Shown here piece after piece: positions 41,168 through 55,162 of a DNA stretch of 64,000 nucleotides. A program made the position numbers and the translations under genes. The notes beneath the pieces were generated by a model, which did no database searches, was not told where the DNA came from, and saw nothing but the letters and a program-made list of their open reading frames with translations. This DNA comes from Eledone cirrhosa (lineage: Eukaryota): contig OZ024760.1 in the NCBI GenBank assembly GCA_964016885.1, forward strand, positions 19,840,001-19,904,000, given 5' to 3'. Numbering within the stretch: position 1 is the stretch's first letter; each line of letters opens with the position of its first letter.

Positions 41168-43190
41168 TGTGGTGGTGGTGGTGGTGGTGGTGGTGGTGGT
41201 GGTGAGGTGCTGTGGTTGGGGGAGGAGGTCATTGCTGTTGTGGTGGTAGTGGTGGTGAGGTGCTGTGGTTGGGGGGAGGGGGTCATTGCTGTTGTGGTGG
41301 TGGTGAGGATTGTTATGGAGAGGGTTATAGTAGTGGTTGTTGTTATTGTTGCAGTGACAGTGGTGGTGGTGGTGGTGAGGTTGGGGGAGGGGGTCATTGC
41401 TGTTGTGGTGGTGGTGAGGATTGTTATGGAGGGGGTTATAGTAGTGGTTGTTGTTATTGTTGCAGTGACAGTGGTGGTGGTGGTGGCAGTGGTGGTGAGG
41501 TTGGGGGGGGAGGGCGTCATTGCTGTTGTGGTGGTGGTGGTGGTGAGGATTGTCATGGAGGGGGTTATAGTAGTGGTTGTTGTTATTGTTGCAGTGACAG
41601 TGGTGGTGGTGGTGGTGGCGGTGGTGAGGTTGGGGGGGAGGGCGTCATTGCTGTGGTGGTGGTGGTGGTGAGGATTGTCATGGAGGGGGTTATAGTAGTG
41701 GTTGTTGTTATTGTTGCAGTGACAGTGGTGGTGGTGGTGCTAGAATTAATGTTAGTGATACTACAACTACTAGTGGTGATGGTACTATTGATGATGATGA
41801 TGATGATGATGGTGGCGGTGGAGGTACTGGAAATAATGTTAGTGATGGTAGAACTGGTGGTGGTGGTGGTGGGGTTAGTGTCAGTGATGGTGATGGGGGG
41901 GGGGGGGGGGGGTCGTGGTGCTGCTGCTGGAGGTAGTAGTATTAGTGATGGTAGTACTGCTGATGATGGTGCTGGCGGTGGAGGTAGTGTTAGTGGTGGT
42001 GGTGGTGGTGGTGGTGGTGCTAGTAGTGGTTGTATTAGTGGTGGTGGTGGTGGTGCTAGTAGTGGTAGTATTAGTGGTGGTGGTGGTGGTGCTAGTAGTG
42101 GTAGTATTAGTGGTGGTGGTGGTGGTGCTAGTAGTGGTGGTGCTAGTAGTGGTAGTATTGGTAGTATTAGTGGTGGTGGTGCTAGTAGTGGTAATATTAG
42201 TGGTGGTGGTGGTGGTGCTAGTAGTGGTAGTATTAGTGGTGGTGGTGGTGGTGCTAGTAGTGGTGGTGCTAGTAGTGGTAGTATTGGTAGTATTAGTGGT
42301 GGTGGTGCTAGTAGTGGTAATATTAGTGGTGGTGGTGGTGGTGCTAGTAGTGGTAGTATTGGTGGTGGTGGTGGTGGTGCTAGTAGTGGTAGTATTAGTG
42401 GTGGTGGTGGTGGTGCTAGTAGTGGTAGTATTAGTGGTGGTGGTGGTGGTGCTAGTAGTGGTAATATTAGTGGTGGTGGTGGTGCTAGTAGTGGTAATAT
42501 TAGTGGTGGTGGTGGTGGTGCTAGTAGTGGTAATATTAGTGGTGGTGGTGCTAGTAGTGGTAGTATTGGTGGTGGTGGTGGTGGTGCTAGTAGTGGTAGT
42601 ATTAGTGGTGGTGGTGGTGGTGCTAGTAGTGGTAATATTAGTGGTGGTGGTGGTGGTGCTAGTCGTGGTAATATTAGTGGTGGTGGTGGTGGTGCTAGTA
42701 GTGGTAGTATTGGTGGTGGTGGTGGTGGTGCTAGTAGTGGTAATATTAGTGGTGGTGGTGGTGGTGCTAGTAGTGGTAGTATTGGTGGTGGTGGTGGTGG
42801 TGCTAGTAGTGGTAGTATTAGTGGTGGTGGTGGTGGTGCTAGTAGTGGTAGTATTAGTGGTGGTGGTGGTGGTGCTAGTAGTGGTAATATTAGTGGTGGT
42901 GGTGGTGGTGCTAGTAGTGGTAATATTAGTGGTGGTGGTGGTGGTGCTAGTAGTGGTAGTATTAGTGGTGGTGGTGGTGGTGGTGGTGGTGCTAGTAGTG
43001 GTAGTATTGGTGGTGGTGGTGGTGCTAGTATTAGCGATGGTGGTGGTGGTGTTGCTGCTGCTGGAAGTAGTGGTGGTGGTGGTGGTGGTGGTGGTGGTGG
43101 TGGTGGTGGTGGTGGTGGTGATGGTGGTGGTGCTGGGGGTAGTGTTAGTGGTGGTGGTGGTGCTAGTAGTGGAAGTATTAGTGACAGTAG
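41168..43190. repeat. (GGT)n-derived minisatellites (~120-bp units, then ~33-bp gctagtagtggta(g/a)tattagt(ggt)n units)
   Basis: Seen directly; open in several frames because of triplet periodicity. Confidence 0.9.
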
Positions 43191-43394
43191 TAGTGTTGAT
43201 ACAGTAAATATTGTTAAATCCTCAGAATGACAGACACACAATTTGGCAGACAGTGGACATTTTCTAATGAACTGTTTCATTTCCAGTTTAGTAAATCAGA
43301 CAATATTTAGATGTGGTCATTTCACCATAATGATTGATCTATCAATATATTACACTTGGCTTATATTGAACTTCTTTTACACACAACAACGTCA

Positions 43395-44277
43395 AGCCAA
43401 CCTTACCCAATTACACCTCTCAAAGGCGATGACACACGACCGTGACCTCTGGCGTCACGCAGTAATACACAGTACCCGACCTCCTATGGGTACAAGCTGA
43501 AGCATATAGACAATATGCCCCACACCCTCCCACTGTAAAGTGGTCGTGGAGGTGCCACGGCAAAAAAGCACCCAGCCCACACTGCAAAGTGGTCGTGGAG
43601 GTGCCACAGCAAAAAAGCACCCAGCCCACACTGTAAAGTGGTCGTGGAGGTGCCACAGCAAAAAAGCACCCAGCCCACATTGTAAAGTGGTCGTGGGTGG
43701 AGGCGCCACGGCAAAAAAGCACCCAGCCCACACTGTAAAGTGGTCGTGGAGGTGCCACGGCAAAAAAGCACCCAGCCCACACTGTAAAGTGGTCGTGGAG
43801 GTGCCACGGCAAAAAAGCACCCAGCCCACACTGTAAAGTGGTCGTGGAGGCCCCACGGCAAAAAAGCACCCAGCCCACACTGCAAAGTGGTCGTGGAGGT
43901 GCCACGGCAAAAAAGCACCCAGCCCACACTGTAAAGTGGTCGTGGAGGTGCCACGGCAAAAAAGCACCCAGCCCACACTGTAAAGTGGTCGTGGAGGCCC
44001 CACGGCAAAAAAGCACCCAGCCCACACTGCAAAGTGGTCGTGGAGGTGCCACGGCAAAAAAGCACCCAGCCCACACTGCAAAGTGGTCGTGGAGGTGCCA
44101 CGGCAAAAAAGCACCCAGCCCACACTGTAAAGTGGTCGTGGAGGTGCCACGGCAAAAAAGCACCCAGCACTCACTGTAAAGTGGACGTGTAGGGGCCACG
44201 GCAAAAAAGCACCCAGCCCACACTGTAAAGTGGTCGTGTAGGGGCCACGGAAAAAAGCACCCAGCCCACACTGTAAA
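43395..44277 (+). repeat. RTE 3' remnant followed by a 49-bp minisatellite (~15 copies, 43530-44277)
   Basis: LHLSKAMTHDRDLWRHAV remnant; unit cactgtaaagtggtcgtggaggtgccacggcaaaaaagcacccagccca nearly identical to SINE B segment 52440-52495. Confidence 0.9.
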
Positions 44278-44520
44278 TAATAATAATGCTTTCTTTATTA
44301 ACCACAAGGGTTTACATAAAGTAGACATTAAGGACAGTACAGTACAATACAGGACGGTACAAATGGGCATTTCTGCATGTAAAAAGCAAAAACAGAGGAT
44401 GTAACAAAAAAATAACAATGAAAAATTCCCCAATAGGGGGGTAAATTAAAGGTGGAAAACTGGGAGAGGGCACTTGCCCTGGTTGTCAGGGTCACTGTGG
44501 CCTTTTAATGGGCTTTCTCC

Positions 44521-44775
44521 AATAATAATAATAATAATGAAATTATTGTGTAAAGTGCTCAGGTGCACTACAACTCGTCAAAGGTGCATGTATAGTACAT
44601 AGAATAATATACAAATGTCAGGGAAGTGAATAGTGCATGAGTCATGATATACATGTGTCTATGTGTATGGAGGGGGAACATTAGGTGTAGTGTTGGCGAA
44701 TCTCGGGGAGCATGGAGGTCTTAAAGGATGCAGTGTCTCAACAGCTAACAACTGATGCTGGTAGTTTGCTCATGT
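44521..44775 (-). mobile_element. CR1/L2-like LINE 3' end (unamplified copy)
   Basis: Reverse complement of ~49325-49575; (aat)n tail. Confidence 0.85.
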
Positions 44776-44887
44776 GGATCTGTATTTTGACTTGGTTTCT
44801 ATAGCTAGATCCCCTTCCTAACACCAACCATCTAACAGGGTGGACTGGGTGTTTTTCGTCATATATTTCTCTTATCATTTCATTAAT

Positions 44888-45198
44888 TCATTTCATTTCA
44901 TTTTACATCCGCTTTTTCCCTGCTTGCAAGAGTGGGATGGGAACTGATGCTGGCTTGATTTCTACAGCTGGATGCCATCCTAACACCAACCTCATTTACA
45001 GTGAGTGCTGGGTGGTTTTTTGCAGTGGAATGATATGGACCCCAGTCCCTATCGTCTCATTTCTACAGCTGAGTAAACTGGAGCAATGTGAAATAAAGTG
45101 CCTTGCTCAAGGAAACAACACATCACCCGGTCTGAGAATTGAACTCACAACCTTTCGATTGCAAGGCCAATGCTCTAACCACTAAGCCATGTGCCTCC
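44888..45198 (-). mobile_element. SINE family B (small internal deletion)
   Basis: Homologous to 52269-52612. Confidence 0.9.
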
Positions 45199-45374
45199 AT
45201 CTTATATTTACACAAAAGTGAACACAAGACATGGGTTACTGTTCAGTCACTGCCACACATTTCACATGTTTGTGCTGTTGTGCCAAGGTGAACACAAGAC
45301 AGAGGGTTACCACTGTGTTACCATCTTTGACTGCAGTCCTTGTTTTCTCCAAAATTCATCTACTGTGACACCAC

Positions 45375-45950
45375 AAGCCTATGGGCAAGTATGTGGTGCT
45401 ACCACTAGCCTGTGGGCAAACATGGGTGGAATCCCCTGTCTGGGGGTAAACGTGGAGTACCATGACCAGCCTGTAGGCAAGCATATGGTGGCACCCCCTG
45501 CCTGTGGGTACACATGAGGTGTCACTCACAGCCTGTGGGCAAGCATGAGATGCCACCCACATCCTGTGGGTAAACATGGGGTACCACGACCAGCCTGTAG
45601 GTAAACATAGGGTGGAACCCCCAGCCTGTAATCTAGCATAGGGTGGCACCCCCAGCATGTGGGCAAACATAGGGTGGCACCCCCCCGCATGTGGGAAAAC
45701 ATAGGGTGGAACCCCCAGCATGTGGGCAAACATGGGGTGGAACCCCCAGCTTGTAGGGAAACATGGGATGCCACCTCCAGCCTGTGGGTAAACATATAGG
45801 TCTACCATCAGCCTGTAGGTAAAACCCCCAGATTATGCGTAAACATGTAGTGCTATGCTCAGCCTATGGGTAGACATATGCCACCTTCAGTCTGTAGGTA
45901 AACATAGGGCCACATCCACCCTGTAGTCAAACCTGGGGTACCACCACCCC
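45375..45950. repeat. Diverged ~30-bp minisatellite
   Basis: Unit approx. cagcctgtggg(c/t)aaacatagggtggaacccc. Confidence 0.85.
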
Positions 45951-46301
45951 ACCAGCTCTCTATAGCTTTCCACATTGCCAATTTGACTCAAGTTATAGAC
46001 CGATGATTCGATAATGAGATGTAAATGGGGTTGGCAGTTTCGAGGGTGAACGTTAAAAATATAATTTACAGACTTGTAAAAATTTCAAACTTCACCCCAT
46101 AAATGTATATTTACTGAGAAATTGCCTGTTTGGTTGGAAAGAAGCCATCATTTGATTGTTTATTTAGCCAAACCAACCAATATTTCTATGAAAATATAGA
46201 CTGTATTGCTTTCTAGTATACTGCAAAACCCATTCTTATGAAGCATTTCAATCACAAACTAAACCATTATCATAGCGCCACTAAATTTTTTTATTGTGTT
46301 C

Positions 46302-46354
<53 letters not shown>

Positions 46355-46491
46355 GTGTGTATATGTATATGTACACACACTGAAAATATGTATATAGTTA
46401 GATGCTGAATGAATCTATATTATATATATATATTGAAAAAAATGTATAGAGAGTAAGCGCTTGGGTGAATATATATACATATGTTTACATT

Positions 46492-46534
<43 letters not shown>

Positions 46535-46567
46535 GTAAACATTAATTGAAAAGGATTGAAGCAATGC

Positions 46568-46599
<32 letters not shown>

Positions 46600-46899
46600 A
46601 TGTGTGTATATATATATGTGTGTGTGTGTGTGTGTATATATATATGTGTGTGTCTGTGTGTATATATATATGTGTGTGTGTATATATATGTGTGTGTGTG
46701 TGTATATATATGTGTGTGTGTGTGTATATATATATGTGTGTGTGTGTGTATATATATATGTGTGTATATATATATATGTGTGTGTGTGTGTATATATATA
46801 TATGTGTGTGTGTGTGTATATATATATGTGTGTGTGTGTGTATATATATATATGTGTGTGTGTGTATATATATATATGTGTGTATATATATATATGTGT

Positions 46900-47110
46900 G
46901 TAATCGGGGGTAACCACAGTAAGTGAGGTACTCAATATATAGCAGAGTATAGATATTCAATATAAAAATGGCTTCTACAGGACTAGAACTGTTTCATTCG
47001 AAGGAAATCATCAGGAATGAAACAGTTCTAGTCCTGTAGAAGCCATTTCTATATTAAATGTATATATAGAAATAGCCGTCGAAATGGCTTGAGCTCTGCC
47101 ATCGGGGTCT
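46900..47110. mobile_element. TA-embedded element with an 83-bp palindrome (46966-47048)
   Basis: Perfect 34-bp arms; 15-nt loop containing tcatcag (CUGAUGA on minus) with gaaac in each arm. Confidence 0.7.
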
Positions 47111-47439
47111 TGAACATTTTCATATATATAGGGCCTTGTCAATACCTTTTCAGTTGCAGATCATGCGTTAGTGGCAAATTTGCTATTATTTATAAATGGT
47201 CATTGAGACTATCTTTTTGTCCTTTGTACACTAGAGCTAGTTGTGTCAACCTTAAAGTACCAAAATATGTCTAGTGGTGGACTGATAAGATGGGACTACT
47301 GTCTATATTAGTTCATTTTCAGACATGTTAATCAAATGAGATTTTGGTTTTGCCTGATTAACAAGTCTGAAGAGTAGACCAGGCTGGAGTCAGGTCTATG
47401 TCATGAATATAGATCCTGAGCCACCCATCTGTGAATAGT

Positions 47440-47582
47440 TTATAAAGTAGGGTGAAGACCCTTAAAAGACACCAAAAGAAGTTGTTATCAGCCTCTGAAG
47501 AATTGAACCCCATATCTTCCAGATACCGGCCGATGGTAACTTCTTTTTCCTGTCTTGTAAGAGTCTTCACCCTATTTTATAA
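47440..47582. repeat. Imperfect palindrome (~53-bp arms) with ctgaaga at the centre
   Basis: tataaagtagggtgaagacccttaaaagaca.. vs ..tgtcttgtaagagtcttcaccctattttata. Confidence 0.75.
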
Positions 47583-47619
47583 GCTATCTTTATAGTATTT
47601 CTGCGCTTGAGTACTTTCT

Positions 47620-48397
47620 ATATACTTCTATTTAGAACATAAGCTGGCGACATCTGCCTTTGAGAGAGATATATGCCAGCCTCCCACGCATATCTGTCGT
47701 TTGTCATTGTACGTAAGAGGAGAGTAAGATTTGCTGGCCACTGCCATCGTGCTACCTCTGAGGCTGTGTCCCCATTAGTGCTTTGGAAACCCCAAGCAGT
47801 CACTAATAACAGGGGACACAAGCTCTCCTATCCTAATTTGCTGGCCACTGCCATCGTGCCACCTCTGAGGCTGTGTCCCCATTAGTGCTTTGGAAACCAC
47901 AAGCAGCCACTAATAACAGGGGACACAAGCTCTCCTATCCTAATTTGCTGGCCACTGCCATCGTGCTACCTCTGAGGCTGTGTCCCCATTAGTGCTTTGG
48001 AAACCCCAAGCAGTCACTAATAACAGGGGACACAAGCTCTCCTATCCTAATTTGCTGGCCACTGCCATCGTGCTACCTCTGAGGCTGTGTCCCCATTAGT
48101 GCTTTGGAAACCACAAGCAGCCACTAATAACAGGGGACACAAGCTCTCCTATCCTAATTTGCTGGCCACTGCCATCGTGCTACCTCTGAGGCTGTGTCCC
48201 CATTAGTGCTTTGGAAACCACAAGCAGTCACTAATAACAGGAGACGTAAGCTCTCCTATCCCGATGTCATCTCCAGAGATTCTGGTATTGAAATCCAGGA
48301 CTTGGCAACGGCAATGAACAACAGACCCACGTGGAGATCAGTTGTTGAGTCGTCCATCTCGGCTGAGGCCACCAGATGATGATGATGATGATGATGT
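47620..48397 (+). mobile_element. RTE-like LINE 3' end with an internal 107-bp x5 tandem (47730-48260)
   Basis: RRVRFAGHCHR..LVLWKP..AMNNRPTWRSVV; (gat)n tail; tttgctggcc at 47730, 47837, 47944, 48051 and 48158. Confidence 0.9.
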
Positions 48398-48554
48398 ATA
48401 TATATATATATATATATATAGCAAAAGTGAATCAATATATAACTCAGTTTGTATGTAGAGTGTTATATATTCCAGTGTCTGCCATGTGGTGATTAACTTG
48501 AATCTGTATTTGTAATATTTACTTTCATTTAAACTGCTTTTGAGGATGGTGTAG

Positions 48555-49575
48555 TTTTCGGAAACATTTTTTCACGCTCAGAGTTGCTGAAGCATGGAAC
48601 AAACTACCTGCATCAGTTGTTAGCTGTCGAGACACTGCATCCTTTAAGGCCTCCATGGAACAAACTACCTGCATCAGTTGTTAGCTGTCGAGACACTGCA
48701 TCCTTTAAGGCCTCCATGGAACAAACTACCTGCATCAGTTGTTAGCTGTCGAGACGCTGCATCCTTTAAGGCCTCCATGGAACAAACTACCTGCATCAGT
48801 TGTTAGCTGTCGAGACACTGCATCCTTTAAGGCCTCCATGGAACAAACTACCTGCATCAGTTGTTAGCTGTCGAGAAACTGCATCCTTTAAGGCCTCCAT
48901 GGAACAAACTACCAGCATCAGTTGTTAGCTGTCGAGACACTGCATCCTTTAAGGCCTCCATGGAACAAACTACCAGCATCAGTTGTTAGCTGTCGAGACA
49001 CTGCATTCTTTAAGGCCTCCATGGAACAAACTACCTGCATCGGTTGTTAGCTGTCGAGACACTGCATCCTTTAAGGCCTCCATGAAACAAACTACCAGCA
49101 TCAGTTGTTAGCTGTCGAGACACTGCATCCTTTAAGGCCTCCATGGAACAAACTACCAGCATCAGTTGTTAGCTGTCGAGACACTGCATCCTTTAAGGCC
49201 TCCATGGAACAAACTACCAGCATCAGTTGTTAGCTGTCGAGACACTGCATCCTTTAAGGCCTCCATGGAACAAACTACCAGCATCAGTTGTTAGCTGTCG
49301 AGACACTGCATCCTTTAAGGCCTCCATGGAACAAACTACCTGCATCAGTTGTTAGCTGTTGAGACACTGCATCCTTTAAGACCTCCATGCTCCCCGAGAT
49401 TCGCCAACACTACACCTAATGCTCCCCCTCCATACACATACCCACATGTATACCATGACTTATACACTATTCACTTCCCTGACATTTGTGTATTATTCTA
49501 TGTACTGTACATGCACCTTTGACGAGTTGTAGTGCACCTGAGCACTTTACACAATAATTTCATTATTATTATTAT
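48555..49575 (+). mobile_element. CR1/L2-like LINE 3' end with an internal 61-bp x13 tandem (48593-49385)
   Basis: RKHFFTLRVAEAWNKLPASVV..SFK motif; catggaacaaactacc every 61 bp; (att)n tail. Confidence 0.9.
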
Positions 49576-49724
49576 AAATACTCTTTATGTGTGTTACCTC
49601 TATTATCTTTCCTCACACAAGTTACTTTTAAGATCTTATTTGTACCTAAGTGTGAAATGATTAGATTATGTGTGAAACATATGTAAAGCATTTAACTTAG
49701 GAAGAATTTCAATTCCATTTATTT

Positions 49725-50067
49725 GCTTTCATTTTTCATTTCATTTTACGTCCGCTTTTTCCCTGCTTGCAAGGGTGGGACGGGAACTGATTCTGGCTTG
49801 ATTTCTACAGCTGGATGCCCTTCCTAACACCAACCTCATTTACAGTGAGTGCTGGGTGCTTTTTTGCCGTGGCACCTCCACGACCACTTTGCAGTGGAAT
49901 GATAGGGACCCCAGTCCCTATCATCTCATTTCTACAGCTGAGTAAACTGGAGCAATGTGAAATAAAGTGTCTTGCTCAAGGAAACAACACATCACCCGGT
50001 CTGAGGATTGAACTCGCAACCTTTAGATTGCAAGGCCAATGCTCTAACCACTAAGCCATGTGCCTCC
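49725..50067 (-). mobile_element. SINE family B, full length
   Basis: Reverse complement of 52269-52612. Confidence 0.9.
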
Positions 50068-50389
50068 ATATATTTATATATATATATAATCAATAGATCA
50101 TTCCTTGAGCTGATCAACAGTGAAACATATGTAATATGTTATTAAATATGTATATGATGCAACACTGATTCTTTGTTCCTTTATATATTAATACTATATC
50201 TATATATATATATAGAGAGAGAGAGAAATGGCTTCTACAGGACTAGAACTGTTTCATTCATTCTTTTGAAATGACCACATTATGGTACATATATAACCAT
50301 TACCCTCCACCACCTCCACAACCACCACTGGCACTAAGTTCACTTTCAGCCTAATTCTCACCACCCCCACCAACACTACCATTGTCATC

Positions 50390-51700
50390 ATCACAACCAC
50401 CACCACCACCACTACCACCACTACCACCACCTCAACCACTATCACTGCAATCACCACCATCACCACCACTACCACCACCACCGCAACCACTATCACTGCA
50501 ATCACCACTATCACTATCACCAGCACCACCACCATCACCACCACTACCGCCACCGCAACCACTATCACCAGCACCACCATCACCACCACTACCACCACCG
50601 CAACCACTATCACTGCAATCACCACCATCACCATCACCACCACCACCTCAACCACTATCACTGCAATCACCACCACCACCACCACCGCAACCACTATCAC
50701 TGCAATCACCACCACCACCACCACCGCAACCACTATCACTGCAATCACCACCATCACCACCACCACCACCACCACCTCAACCACTATCACTGCAATCACC
50801 ACCATCACTATCACCATCACCACCACTACCACCACCTCAACCACTATCACCAGCACCACCATCACCACCACTACCACCACCTCAACCACTATCACTGCAA
50901 TCACCACCATCACCACCACCACCACCACCACCTCAACCACTATCACTGCAATCACCACCATCACCACCACTACCACCACCGCAACCACTATCACTGCAAT
51001 CACCACCATCACCACCACTACCACCACCTCAACCACTATCACTGCAATCACCACCATCACCACCACTACCACCACCGCAACCACTATCACTGCAATCACC
51101 ACCATCACCACCACCGCAACCACTATCACTGCAATCACCACCATCACTATCACCATCACCACCACTACCACCACCGCAACCACTATCACTGCAATCACCA
51201 CCATCACCACCACTACCACCACCTCAACCACTATCACTGCAATCACCACCATCACCACCACTACCACCACCGCAACCACTATCACTGCAATCACCACCAT
51301 CACCACCACTACCACCACCGCAACCACTATCACTGCAATCACCACCATCACCACCACTACCACCACCTCAACCACTATCACTGCAATCACCACCATCACC
51401 ACCACTACCACCACCGCAACCACTATCACTGCAATCACCACCATCACCACCACTACCACCACCGCAACCACTATCACTGCAATCACCACCATCACCACCA
51501 CTACCACCACCTCAACCACTATCACTGCAATCACCACCATCACTATCACCATCACCACCACTACCACCACCTCAACCACTATCACTGCAATCACCACCAT
51601 CACCACCACTACCACCACCTCAACCACTATCACTGCAATCACCACCATCACCACCACTACCACCACCTCAACCACTATCACTGCAATCACCACCATCACT
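50390..51700. repeat. (CAC)n-derived ~48-bp minisatellite
   Basis: Unit accactatcactgcaatcaccaccatcaccaccactaccaccacc(t/g)ca. Confidence 0.9.
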
Positions 51701-51996
51701 CTCACCAGCACAATCATCATCACCATCATCAATATACAATATATTGTTGCAGTAAATCCGTTCATCTATGTTTCCCCCCCTCTCCACTGCCATCCACTCC
51801 ACACCCCTCCACCAAATCCACCCCAACATTAATCTGAAAATATCCAATATTTTATTAGTTATCTTCCAGTTCTTAACCCAACCAAATTCCTCCAGCATCT
51901 GTTCTCTCAGTAATTCTTCACATTAAACACACTTTGTCGATACTGTCAGCTTTCTTTAACCAACATGAGTTCATCTTGGCTCTCAGATTACGCCCC

Positions 51997-52027
<31 letters not shown>

Positions 52028-52268
52028 CGTACACACACACACACACACACATACACACATACGCCAACAATTTTTGGGAAGGAGAATTTCAATTAAAATG
52101 ACCCCAGTGCATAACTGGTACTTTATTTTATCGACCCCCGTAAGGATTAGCTGACTAATAATAAAACTGAAGTGAAATTGAACTGGTGCATGCGTTTTTA
52201 TTGATAACATGACCCTCCCAAACTTCAACAGTATACATGCATATATGAATATATATATGGATAGATAT

Positions 52269-52612
52269 GGAGGCACATGGCTTAGTAGTTAGAGCATTGG
52301 CCTTGCAATCGAAAGGTTGTGAGTTCAATTCTCGGACCGGGTGATGTGTTGTGTCCTTGAGCAAGGCACTTCATTTCACATTGCTCCAGTTTACTCAGCT
52401 GTAGAAATGAGATGACAGGGACTGGGGTCCATATCATTCCACTGCAAAGTGGTCGTGGAGGTGCCACGGCAAAAAAGCACCCAGCACTCACTGTAAATGA
52501 GGTTGGTGTTAGGAAGGGCATCCAGCTGTAGAAATCAAGCCAGAATCAGTTCCCGTCCCACCCTTGCAAGCAGGGAAAAAGTGGACGTAAAATGAAATGA
52601 TGATGATGATGA
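52269..52612 (+). mobile_element. SINE family B, full length
   Basis: tRNA-like head with A/B boxes, CORE-like gtgtccttgagcaaggcactt, 49-bp module, tail matching the RTE 3' end at 39550-39610. Confidence 0.9.
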
Positions 52613-52837
52613 TATATATATATATATAAGGATAATTTTAAAGGTCAGATGTAGATATTTATAATTCCTTCTACAGAGATCATCGTTACGTGATGCTATG
52701 ATCAAGCAACAACCAACACAACCTCATCAGACAAAGGAACAGACATCAAAGATGGAAACATCAAACTTATCCATTCCCTTGTCTATAACTTGTATTGTAT
52801 TAGCAACATAACAATAGTACTAATATTACCTAATATG

Positions 52838-53170
52838 CTGTCTGATGAAGTCGTGTTGGTAGCTGTTTGATCACAGCATTACATAATCATGAACACCACA
52901 CCATAGAAATACGTATCACGGATTCTGATGAAGTCGTGTTGGTAGCTGTTTGATCACAGCATTACATAATCATGAACACCACACCATAGAAATACGTATC
53001 ACGGATTCTGATGAAGTCGTGTTGGTAGCTGTTTGATCACAGCATTACATAATCATGAACACCACACCATAGAAATACGTATCACGGATTCTGATGAAGT
53101 CGTGTTGGTAGATGTTTGATCACAGCATTACATAATCATGAACACCACACCATAGAAATACGTATCACAG
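52838..53170 (+). ncRNA. Tandem array of four 83-bp hammerhead-like units (family H3)
   Basis: CUGAUGA at 52842, 52925, 53008 and 53091, each followed by a branched stem II and GAAA-U-ACGU-A-UC; stem I cugu/acgg or acag; inverted diverged copy at 52649-52733. Confidence 0.65.
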
Positions 53171-53309
53171 ATGATTGTGAAGAAAGGAATTATGAATATC
53201 TACATGAAGAATATACATGACGTTGAGTTCTTAAACCTATTACATCATCATTCACTGATTGGTGTGCTGCATACACAACCCTGATTAGTCAACATTTTTC
53301 AAGTAAGTA

Positions 53310-54350
<1,041 letters not shown>

Positions 54351-54667
54351 GCAGAACAGTATCACCTGTTGTACCATTTCCAATATTCCAAATCTTTGGC
54401 CGTATCTCTGAGACAATTGTGAAAAAATCAGATAAGAAAGAATAGTTTGTTTCTTCAGAAGAAGGAAACTGGTGAGATATAGAGAGAAAGAGAGAGAGAG
54501 AGAATGCAGCAAGAAAGAGAGAGACAGGAGGTTACATTGATATAGGGGGAAAGAATTTAGGGGATTGGGGTGGGGCGGTGGGGGTTAATGAAAAAAAAAC
54601 AAAAAAAAAACAAGGAGTTAAAGAAAAAAACAGTAAAAGAAAACAATGGAGAACTTGGTATACTTAC

Positions 54668-55131
54668 GATAGACCCCGGATTTGTCATCATTGCGTGATC
54701 TTGTTTGTTGGTATTTCCTACTTCCTTTCCGGGACTGGTAACCAGTTTGTACCGAACCCTTTCGATCCAATGGATGATCACAAAAATCCTTTGAAAGTTC
54801 ACAACATGTGGACTCTGTGAAGTTTGAAGTACTTTCGAAACCACCGGCGGCGGGAAAGACATTTGGCTGTAAAAATCGTTGAATGAATTTGCTAGGGTAC
54901 CCATTAAGGGCCACCTGTTGGCTGGGGCCGTTGTGTTTTATATTACCAAACCTCTTCCGCTCCGAAGAGTTGGCAATGGAAGCTAAGTTTTCGGACGCAT
55001 GATGATGGTGGTGTTGTTGTTGTTGTTGTTGTTGTTGGTTTTGGTGGTGGTGGTGATGGTGGTGGTTGCTGTTGCTGCTGCCACTGTGATGGTTGTTGTG
55101 TGGATGTTGTTGTTGTTGTTGTTGCTGCTGC

Positions 55132-55162
<31 letters not shown>

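Noticed and set aside
41212-43280. Gly/Ser-rich 672-aa and Pro/Leu-rich 565-aa ORFs resembling structural proteins
   Set aside because: (GGT)n-derived repeat open on both strands with uniform codons and no signal peptide
47358-47570. 70-aa protein-like ORF on the minus strand
   Set aside because: Overlaps an imperfect palindrome and is better explained as a fold-back element
50254-51765. Extensin-like Pro-rich ORF
   Set aside because: (CAC)n minisatellite with no ATG start or unique domain
52269-52340. tRNA gene
   Set aside because: tRNA-derived SINE head continuing into CORE-like and LINE-tail sequence; multiple copies; no clean cloverleaf
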